Shown here: piece after piece, positions 57,901-64,000 of the stretch | Position numbering within the stretch: the stretch's first letter is position 1 | How the letters are laid out: every line of letters starts with the position of its first letter | DNA from: an uncultured Lachnospiraceae bacterium | Lineage (GTDB): Bacteria > Bacillota > Clostridia > UBA1381 | Reading direction: 5' to 3' | Length of the DNA stretch: 64,000 bases | Assembly: GCA_964447095.1 (NCBI GenBank) | Contig: CAYUSE010000001.1 | Location: forward strand, 4,576 to 68,575 | Notes under the pieces: model-generated | Told to the model about the DNA's origin: nothing | The model's database searches: none | What the model saw: only the letters and a program-made list of their open reading frames with translations | Translations under genes and position numbers: made by a program

Positions 57901-60900
57901 CTGCGGCAATACAGGTCAGCGTCGCGGGAACAGCAGGCTTTACAGATGAAAACGGCGATTTTGTTATAGAGCTTAAAAATGTACCGACATCGGGACATGT
58001 AAGCGTAATCGTTGACGATAACGGTACAATGTACCCAACAACGGCGCTTGCAAATTATATGTCAATAACACTTCCTGCGTATGAATGCTTTAAGCCGAAA
58101 TCACTCAGCGTTCGATATAATGATGCTTCGGCAAATAAAATAAACGGAACGGTTGTCAATATTAAAAACGATACCTTAAATATTGTTTCTCAGGCAGAGA
58201 GTAACGGTTCACTTCAGCCGACAGGAGCGAAATATTACATACATAAGGTGAACGGAACGGTAATTGACTGTTCAGCAGATAACAGATTTACAAACAGCTT
58301 TGCAAACGGCACGGCATCAATATCATTCAATCCGAAGTCAGTTATGGACGCAGGAGATAAAATATATGTAGCGTTTATCGACCAAAATGATAAGGAATAT
58401 AAGTCGATGGACATAGGCTACGACTTTGTTGCGCCGCTGAATTTGAGAACGTTTATGTTCCCGCTTATAGGAAGCTCGTTGTTAGACAATACATACAGCA
58501 GCGCTGTAGAGCTTATAGGCGACCCTCTCGGTGATGTGTCGCTCGGTAAGCTCGGCTTTGATGAACCGGAAACAGAAATGGTTACTCCCGATGGTATGGA
58601 CCCCGAAAAATACAGCTATGCAATGTCTACATACAAATTCGGTGATTTCAGCAAAGCAATTAAGACCTTCTCATCAAAAGACAACAAGGACAATAAAGAT
58701 GATAATAATGATGAGAATGATAAAGGGACAAAGAGCGAAGAAACAGCAAAGGATATAAAGAATGCCGTAAAAGACAACGGAAAAGAAACGGAAAACGGCG
58801 GTTATAAGACAAACAAATCTTTCGCGTGGGAGTTTTCGCCGAAGGCTGCCTTTGCAATGCAAATTACAACGCGTAAGGACGGCAATTCATACAAGTATTA
58901 TTTTGAAGAGCTTGATTTCCTCGTAGGTCTTGATTACAAAGTGGACGGCAAAATAACAGTTACCCTGCCGATAGGTATGAATATTATTATTACAGGTACG
59001 CTGTCGGGAGATGTTGCAGGCATATTCCAGCTGAAAACAAACTACACGGGCGATTCGACATGGAATAATAATAAGGTTGAATACACTGCGGAGAGCTTCG
59101 GCTTATTTGAGGAAATAGACCATGTTGACAGAAAAGCATATCTTATGGTTAACCCGAATATTTCTCTCGGACTTGGAGTTGAATGGGCAATTATAGAAGT
59201 CGGAGGAAACGCCAATTTCAAATTCGATATGGATTTTGAATTTGGATTAAACGCAGGCTCTTTAGGGCATCGGATGTATGGAGATATGACATATAATTTT
59301 GATTATTATATCAAGGTATTGTCTATAAAGGTTTATTCCGGTAAAACGAAAGACCGCACGGCAGAGCTTTTCTCCGAAAATGCGGACGGACATATTGAGC
59401 CCGATATAATTGCGGGACTTATGAGCATTGAAGGTAATGAAATTCAATCCATACCGACAACAAGAGATTACCTTAACAATACCTCCGGCTGGAACGGAAC
59501 CGACAGCAATATGTCGCTGTTTAATATAGACACGGATAATACAGAAGAATTAGATCTTATAAGAGGCGCTTATCCAAGCACGAAATCAACGCTGACACCG
59601 TTTGGAGACGGCAAAATACTGTTGACGTTTATCGATGATGACATATATAGAAGTGAAATAAACAGGACAGCCTTGTGTTATTCAATCTATAACGGTGAAA
59701 CATGGTTATATCCTCATCAGATTGACGATGACGGTACATTGGACGATTATCCGAATGTATTTGACTTAGGAGATAAAATCATGATATCGTGGTCGTCCGC
59801 AGACAAAGTATTTAATGACAACGCTACCGCGGTGCAGGCTTTAACGGCTCTTGACATAAAGACAGTATTCTTTGATAAAGAAACAGAAACCTTTAGTGAG
59901 GTTATGCAGCTTACACATACGACAGATGAGGATTATACGGCGGATGTACAGCCGAGGGCGGCGTATGACAGTGAAACAGGCAGAATTATTCTGTACTACA
60001 CAAAGACAGAATATACCGAAGCTCAAAATCTTACTGATTTGATAGACGCGCCGTCAGTTATCGCATATCGTTTCTATGAGAACGGCAAATGGAACGATGA
60101 ATCAAGCTATACCGAGGAAGAATTGTCAGATATGACAACAGAGGAAAAAGAAGCGTATAAAACAAACTGGTACGGTCAGCGTTTCCTTGACACAAGACTT
60201 AACAAGACAAGCGCAGATATGTTAAGAATTGTTGACTCGGACGCAATTTCCTACAACGGACTTGCGCTTTACGCATGGACGGTTGACTATGACAAGAACT
60301 TGAATACGGTAGACGACAGAGATGTATTTATGCAAATATATAACTTCTCAGAAAACAGTTTTACTCACATTATAAAAATAACTTCGGATTCGGGAGCATA
60401 TTCAATGCCGCATTTCGGCAGATATAATGATGAAACATATCTGTTCTATTCTGCGATGGGCGCCTTGGACGGAAGTGAAAACGAGGAACAGAGCGGCATC
60501 GCATATCTTGATGTAAGCGATATTATAAAGAACGGCAAATATACTAAGGTAAGTGAGAATAATACTGAGTATTACAAGCTGGAATACACAACTATGGCTG
60601 CCGCATCGACAGACCAAGACGGCAATGAAATTCCGGCGCACAATGAAACAGTTCAAATTCAGCCCTCATACGCAGTAACGGTTGACGGCTACATAAATAA
60701 CTACTGTGTAGATGTTGACAGTGATGAAAAAATGTATCTGACATGGACAAATTCCGATGAAAATGGTTCAAGACAGATATATACCTCAATTTTTGATATT
60801 GCTCCTATGGCAGGCGCAGAAGCAGACGAGGACGGCTCAATAAGCAAGAACTATGAATGGAGTGAGGCATTTAAGCTGACCAATGCGGAAAATACAGCAT

Positions 60901-62822
60901 ACGGAAACATTGACTCAGCAGTCACAAACGGCAAACTCTATACTACTTCAATTAAAATGCCATATACAGAAAATAAGAGTCTTAATGAATCGAGGGCAGA
61001 CTTTGTACTGATTGAACATACACCCTATGGAAGACCGGTAACGGTTGAGGAAAATGCATTGATAGCTGATACAAAGTATATTTATCCGGATACAGGATTT
61101 ACGCTCACATCAACAATTAAAAACGAGGGAACAAAGCTTATCGACAAGCCTGTGACATTTAAGTTTACAATGACCTCAAACGGAAAAACAACCGAAATCG
61201 GTGAACAGACCATAGAAACCGCATGGGGTGCAGGAAAAACTATGAGCGCCTCTGTAAATGTACCCGGTATTGAAGAAATCAGTGACGATTTGACATTTAA
61301 TACTGAGATTACGGTTGATGATACGGTTATCAATCAGGAAATGAAAGCCGTTAAAGAATACAGTGTTGTCACCGACGGCGATGCGGCTCTTGATGAGATT
61401 GCCGGCGGTCACAGACTGCATATTCCTCTCAGGAATGAGGGCAATATATCGTCAGCGCCTGTCAGCGTTAAACTCTATACCGCAAAAGACAGCGAAACTG
61501 ACGAGCTTATAGATGAATATACAATAGAGTCAATCGGCACAAATTCGTCTGCTGCCGTTGATGAAACTGTTGAAATTCCCGACAGCGCTTATGCTATAGA
61601 AAACGGTGACGGTATCGCTGATATTATAGCGGTAATTGAAGCTGACGGCAAGGAGCTTGGAAGGCTTGAAACAAAGGCGCATAAATCATTTGACGCAAAA
61701 GCAATCGAAACAATGAATAAGGTTACTGACGTATCAATCAAGGGAAGCAATAAGATTTCCGCAAAATATCTTGATGATATTGAAATTGAAACACAGATTA
61801 GAGGTACGGCAGGTGAAGATGTTACTGTTATGTGGGTAAGCGATAATAATGATATTGTTTATGTAAGAGATGATAATACTTTGTTTGCATCAGGCGGCGG
61901 CACAGCAACGCTTACAGGTTATGTTATTCCGTCAGTTCAGAACATAAAGTTTAGTTATGACGGTACTTCTGAAAAAGCCAAAGTGCTTGATACAATTCCG
62001 TCAACGCTTTATAAGACCGTCACAGCGGAAGTAACAGTAGATAAGGACGAAGAGCCTACAGCCTCTCCGACAACAGAGCCTACAGCTTCTCCGACAGCAG
62101 AGCCTATAGCTTCTCCGACAACAAAACCTACAGCTTCTCCGACATCAAGACCAAATCGCGGCGGAGGCGGAGGAGGTTCATCAGTAAAGTCAACGCCGAA
62201 ACCAACGTCAACGGCTCAACCGCAGGAAACATCAGCTCCGCAGAATACAACAGAGCCTGCAGCAGAAAATGCAATGTTTGACGATACCGCAAACCATTGG
62301 GCAAAGGATTATATTGACAGACTTGCAGCGGACGATATTGTAAACGGTGTGGTTAACAGAATATTTAATCCGAACGGCAATATCACAAGAGCGCAGTTTG
62401 CGCAGATTTTGATGAATACAGGACTTGTTGAAGAAGGAAATATTGATGTTCCGGCATTTACTGATGTTGATGGTGACGCATGGTATAATGAGGCTGTAGT
62501 CTGGGCAGTATCCTGCGGTGTTGCGAAAGGCATGAGCAATGAAATATTTGAGCCTGAAGGTCTGATAACAAGAGAACAGATGGCAGTGATGGTAAATCGA
62601 TTTATCAAGCTTGCAGGCATAGAGGCAGAAGACGGCGAAGCGGTAAGCTTTACCGATTCGGATAATATATCCTATTGGGCAATAGCTGATGTTGAAGCGC
62701 TTGCTGCAAAAGGAATACTGAAGGGACGGGATACAGGAGACTTTGACCCGTTGGCAAATATGACTCGTGCCGAAGGTGTGGTTGTTATATGCAATATTTT
62801 AGATGCAAAGGAGGCAAAATAA
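54936..62822 (+). CDS. Giant (2628-aa) SLH-anchored surface protein: Calx-beta-like x2, large unassigned central region, CARDB-like x2, Big_2-like, Pro/Thr linker, SLH x3
   Basis: Sec signal peptide (LLAVSMLASVAPAALAKE). The Calx-beta pattern is AFKTADFTAEYGMDYIVF ... VVAFEEGETEKEVTIKLIDNDIPQSD ... INIMDDEE. CARDB-like segments start at YIYPDTGFTLTSTIKNEG... and HRLHIPLRNEGNISSAP.... The Big_2-like segment is VTVMWVSDNNDIVYV...GGGTATLTGYVIP. The C-terminal SLH repeats are FDDTANHWAKDYIDRLAADDIVNG, FTDVDGDAWYNEAVVWAVSCGVAKG and FTDSDNISYWAIADVEALAAKGILKG. Confidence 0.85.
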   Translation: MQKRLKRLLSGLLAVSMLASVAPAALAKEQAVSGASEISFSAAKYNVSENDGKIKIKIVRKGGNDRSVEVAFKTADFTAEYGMDYIVFDEDGNELPMADGITPSESEFIETRGKSVLSETDKEESEIDNLEPTEEPEKDQPSTVIGENGTVEEIAAPVDTAEQAETKKASTGSALLDAQAEYLNLPAENDNTSAAVENILTDVNKYFQEAQGAVGVVAFEEGETEKEVTIKLIDNDIPQSDKIVLLSLMGVNGDEETSLAANPTSYINIMDDEEYETPIIEPDTNEITLSEDNPGYELILSRTSGVDYYTSVLVSTVKGTAQEGYNYDKIENSSVSFAPGEKEKKVKISAENFGDEMSFGIRLESDGTCEISDEYITVTMSAKPSENSDAPSDANSLQNGDVSLMLAEDNARLGSVIGTSTTTKRLDDFNFVHGPSTGKQDGYHRTSWNSSSSWTDYYVYETYKKSGRTWVAENALNVSGVDKINLWHQNDGDYNGRWAAYHIFIELLRSWDRNNYSSGGDKNIRKDGRHGWTSDDMDVSSLNGEYYLRFGVRNDGYASDNGRAWLGNPVTLTWHQYNLNIQNKQVFNRLSYDYADKTGEALKIAYTDGKDDYDYIPSVKIVNNSGNEISGFYANANQTIKPISNNPSLDTKYGIELEGVYLYTKDNDSLYKKDRTYPYADHWYEDNTIWVPASGVKADQSLAEKLTSKFGSKSIKVMPKFRQKTVTLNIHNTDNEKTYIANMNSKSAESYRDWGANGYYNQYTFPIYSQIKVRAVAAKGKTVTGFNIDLWSQPTDKDPIYSDSSAPERMTYTLTENMSFYPRTENQGMNAAYMPGADKVINDLSGRVFTQPSAGESGSDIKYSDLNGNLNIQTVYPGMLWTMRATAPDGYYVKWTNGTGDIKNVNGKIDVSSDPNINEETENTKKFKNLYTPVYGDIMSGTIVQNNTKYYYEFVKNGNENGKVQGKVLREKGSFYDVVCNKNLQLAPAAAIQVSVAGTAGFTDENGDFVIELKNVPTSGHVSVIVDDNGTMYPTTALANYMSITLPAYECFKPKSLSVRYNDASANKINGTVVNIKNDTLNIVSQAESNGSLQPTGAKYYIHKVNGTVIDCSADNRFTNSFANGTASISFNPKSVMDAGDKIYVAFIDQNDKEYKSMDIGYDFVAPLNLRTFMFPLIGSSLLDNTYSSAVELIGDPLGDVSLGKLGFDEPETEMVTPDGMDPEKYSYAMSTYKFGDFSKAIKTFSSKDNKDNKDDNNDENDKGTKSEETAKDIKNAVKDNGKETENGGYKTNKSFAWEFSPKAAFAMQITTRKDGNSYKYYFEELDFLVGLDYKVDGKITVTLPIGMNIIITGTLSGDVAGIFQLKTNYTGDSTWNNNKVEYTAESFGLFEEIDHVDRKAYLMVNPNISLGLGVEWAIIEVGGNANFKFDMDFEFGLNAGSLGHRMYGDMTYNFDYYIKVLSIKVYSGKTKDRTAELFSENADGHIEPDIIAGLMSIEGNEIQSIPTTRDYLNNTSGWNGTDSNMSLFNIDTDNTEELDLIRGAYPSTKSTLTPFGDGKILLTFIDDDIYRSEINRTALCYSIYNGETWLYPHQIDDDGTLDDYPNVFDLGDKIMISWSSADKVFNDNATAVQALTALDIKTVFFDKETETFSEVMQLTHTTDEDYTADVQPRAAYDSETGRIILYYTKTEYTEAQNLTDLIDAPSVIAYRFYENGKWNDESSYTEEELSDMTTEEKEAYKTNWYGQRFLDTRLNKTSADMLRIVDSDAISYNGLALYAWTVDYDKNLNTVDDRDVFMQIYNFSENSFTHIIKITSDSGAYSMPHFGRYNDETYLFYSAMGALDGSENEEQSGIAYLDVSDIIKNGKYTKVSENNTEYYKLEYTTMAAASTDQDGNEIPAHNETVQIQPSYAVTVDGYINNYCVDVDSDEKMYLTWTNSDENGSRQIYTSIFDIAPMAGAEADEDGSISKNYEWSEAFKLTNAENTAYGNIDSAVTNGKLYTTSIKMPYTENKSLNESRADFVLIEHTPYGRPVTVEENALIADTKYIYPDTGFTLTSTIKNEGTKLIDKPVTFKFTMTSNGKTTEIGEQTIETAWGAGKTMSASVNVPGIEEISDDLTFNTEITVDDTVINQEMKAVKEYSVVTDGDAALDEIAGGHRLHIPLRNEGNISSAPVSVKLYTAKDSETDELIDEYTIESIGTNSSAAVDETVEIPDSAYAIENGDGIADIIAVIEADGKELGRLETKAHKSFDAKAIETMNKVTDVSIKGSNKISAKYLDDIEIETQIRGTAGEDVTVMWVSDNNDIVYVRDDNTLFASGGGTATLTGYVIPSVQNIKFSYDGTSEKAKVLDTIPSTLYKTVTAEVTVDKDEEPTASPTTEPTASPTAEPIASPTTKPTASPTSRPNRGGGGGGSSVKSTPKPTSTAQPQETSAPQNTTEPAAENAMFDDTANHWAKDYIDRLAADDIVNGVVNRIFNPNGNITRAQFAQILMNTGLVEEGNIDVPAFTDVDGDAWYNEAVVWAVSCGVAKGMSNEIFEPEGLITREQMAVMVNRFIKLAGIEAEDGEAVSFTDSDNISYWAIADVEALAAKGILKGRDTGDFDPLANMTRAEGVVVICNILDAKEAK
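62052..62147 (+). repeat. 24-nt x 4 in-frame tandem repeat encoding the (E/K)P(T/I)ASPT(T/A/S) linker
   Basis: The four units are GAGCCTACAGCCTCTCCGACAACA, GAGCCTACAGCTTCTCCGACAGCA, GAGCCTATAGCTTCTCCGACAACA and AAACCTACAGCTTCTCCGACATCA. They lie inside the giant CDS just before a Gly run and the SLH domains. Confidence 0.9.
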
Positions 62823-62823
62823 T

Positions 62824-62979
62824 ATGTCAGACGAAAAAAAGACAACTGTGAAAAACGATGAAATCACTGAACAGGAAATTAGTCTTGACGAATTGGATAA
62901 TGTGACAGGCGGTTCGATTGGCAATGTAAAATATACAAAGACAGTCGATATCAGCGGTGATACCAAAAGAAAAGCATAA
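62824..62979 (+). CDS. Double-glycine-leader peptide precursor 2 (51 aa)
   Basis: Not in the ORF track. It encodes MSDEKKTTVKNDEITEQEISLDELDNVTGG/SIGNVKYTKTVDISGDTKRKA. A perfect SD AAGGAGG (62808-62814) lies inside the end of the giant gene, and the ATG sits 1 nt after its stop. The leader and the core motifs (KYT-x-TV, C-terminal K-x-KA) are homologous to the 48230 peptide. Confidence 0.75.
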   Translation: MSDEKKTTVKNDEITEQEISLDELDNVTGGSIGNVKYTKTVDISGDTKRKA

Positions 62980-63052
62980 ACACAGATAAGATTAAAAAGA
63001 GAACCGTCGTTTCGTGGCGGCTTCCAAATTTGACAAAAATAAAACAGAAAGA

Positions 63053-63098
63053 AGGCTGTATCAATGATAAAAGCGTTGATACAGCCTAAATTTTTTTT
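63053..63098 (+). terminator. Intrinsic terminator closing the exporter/giant-protein/peptide operon
   Basis: The stem AGGCTGTATCAA / TTGATACAGCCT has an 11-nt loop and is followed by AAATTTTTTTT. Confidence 0.8.
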
Positions 63099-63220
63099 CG
63101 CATAAAAATTGCCGTTTATTATTGAAAAAATATATTTATGTTAAAAACTGTATTATTCAAATATTGCTATATTGTAAAATATATGATAGAATAAGAACAT
63201 CAAAAATATAGGAGTAAATT

Positions 63221-64000
63221 ATGAAGAGAACTCAATTTTCGCCAAATAATGCTTTATATATTGAGCATATAAAAAACACAGAGAAGTTTAATATGCCCAT
63301 ACAGCATTATCATGATGCTTATGAAATATATTTACAGCTTGACGGCAAGAGATATGCGTTTTACGATAATATATGGTACACTCTGAAGTGCGGAGATATG
63401 GCGATATTCAAGCCGTTTGACATTCATTTTTTTGAGAGCAAAGAATCCGACTATTATGAAAGGTACGGCTTGAATTTTCAGTTAGACTGTTTTTCAAATA
63501 TATTGAGCAATGAAGAAAAATATTTGCTGACGGAGAAATTGAATTCCTGCATAATTCATCTGTCGGAGGAGCAAACTAAAGTCTTGTACGATCATTTTAA
63601 ACGTGTGGATTATCTCTCAAAACGGACAGGGTTTCTTTCGGAAAAACTGACGCATTCGGCCCTTCTGTTATTGGTTGCCTATGTGACAGAATGCATAGAT
63701 AATAGGGTGGTAACTGAGGGGCATACCGTCGCGCCGCAAATTATATCGGCATTAAAATATATAAATAAGCACTATAAGGAAAATATATCGCTTGACGATA
63801 TAGCAAAAACGGCGCATATAAGTAAATTTTATTTTTGCAGAAAGTTTCATTCTACCACAGGCGCGACAGTTCTTGAATATCTGAACAATGTGCGGCTTAC
63901 GAAGGTACACAACCTGCTGCTCAGCACAACAATGACTATTGATGAAATTGCAGCAATAACGGGATTTTCGTCGGCGGTAAATCTTACAAGAGCATTTAAA
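63221..64000 (+). CDS. AraC-family transcriptional regulator (cupin-like N-terminus, HTH C-terminus); 3' end runs off the window
   Basis: Not in the ORF track because there is no stop in the window. It encodes MKRTQFSPNNALYIEHIKNTEKFNMPIQHYHDAYEIYLQLDGKRYAFYDN... in the N-terminal half. The C-terminal half carries ISLDDIAKTAHISKFYFCRKFHSTTGATVLEYLNNVRLTKVHNLL...IDEIAAITGFSSAVNLTRAF. SD TAGGAG. Confidence 0.8.
   Translation, partial: MKRTQFSPNNALYIEHIKNTEKFNMPIQHYHDAYEIYLQLDGKRYAFYDNIWYTLKCGDMAIFKPFDIHFFESKESDYYERYGLNFQLDCFSNILSNEEKYLLTEKLNSCIIHLSEEQTKVLYDHFKRVDYLSKRTGFLSEKLTHSALLLLVAYVTECIDNRVVTEGHTVAPQIISALKYINKHYKENISLDDIAKTAHISKFYFCRKFHSTTGATVLEYLNNVRLTKVHNLLLSTTMTIDEIAAITGFSSAVNLTRAFK

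Noticed and set aside
62052-62147. Tandem 24-nt repeats as a possible mini-CRISPR or other non-coding array
   Set aside because: The units are contiguous with no spacers, in frame, and encode a Pro/Thr linker inside a continuous 7.9-kb ORF.
54936-62822. The idea that the giant protein is itself the T1SS-like cargo of the MFP/ABC exporters (RTX-adhesin style)
   Set aside because: It has a classical N-terminal Sec signal peptide and C-terminal SLH wall anchors. It has no GG leader, no C-terminal secretion signal and no RTX nonapeptide repeats.
48230-63098. Lanthipeptide, sactipeptide, thiazole-oxazole or other tailored RiPP cluster
   Set aside because: Neither predicted core contains Cys. No LanB/LanC/LanM-, radical-SAM-, YcaO- or other tailoring-enzyme-like ORF is present anywhere in the window.
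63064-63105. Tiny ORF (MIKALIQPKFFFA) after peptide gene 2
   Set aside because: It lies entirely within the terminator hairpin and T-tract and has no SD.

Overview
This 64-kb window comes from a Gram-positive, Clostridia-like chromosome (SLH anchors, InlB-type B-repeats, strong AGGAGG-type ribosome-binding sites). All calls rest on reading the sequence and ORF translations by eye; no HMM or BLAST search was possible.

Layout:
- 1-2.45 kb, minus strand: a glycerol-3-phosphate-dehydrogenase-like FAD oxidoreductase pair, preceded by a perfect 19-bp leader terminator.
- 2.8-30.8 kb: a ~28-kb co-directional array with gaps of at most ~60 nt. It holds a sugar ABC importer (binding protein plus two permeases), a 1143-aa clan GH-A hydrolase with a CBM9-like tail, and three tandem paralogous secreted proteins built from seven copies of an unassigned ~200-aa module. 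It continues with a 1407-aa SLH protein and a Gly-rich secreted protein. It ends with DeoR, glycerophosphodiesterase, AraM-type glycerol-1-phosphate dehydrogenase, GH2, SGNH esterase and a HAD-IIA phosphatase.
- 30.9-37.5 kb: a cohesin-like/stalk-domain protein, a B-repeat protein, MgtC, a GH1 beta-glucosidase and a PHP phosphoesterase.
- 37.5-38.5 kb: a decayed SGNH gene and a decayed tyrosine recombinase.
- 38.7-48.2 kb: an accessory region with a GH43-like enzyme on the minus strand. It also holds a chimeric Calx-beta protein whose 3' part lies in an AT-rich block, two tandem SLH paralogs and a 5'-truncated CARDB/Big_2 gene remnant.
- 48.2-63.1 kb: the most unusual part. Two homologous double-glycine-leader peptide genes (50 and 51 aa, absent from the ORF track) bracket one operon: orphan PBP1-type lipoprotein, HlyD-like membrane-fusion protein, C39-peptidase ABC exporter, second ABC exporter, and a 2628-aa SLH-anchored surface protein. 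No modification, immunity or sensor genes are visible.
- Right edge: a partial AraC-family regulator.

No rRNA, tRNA or CRISPR array was recognised.
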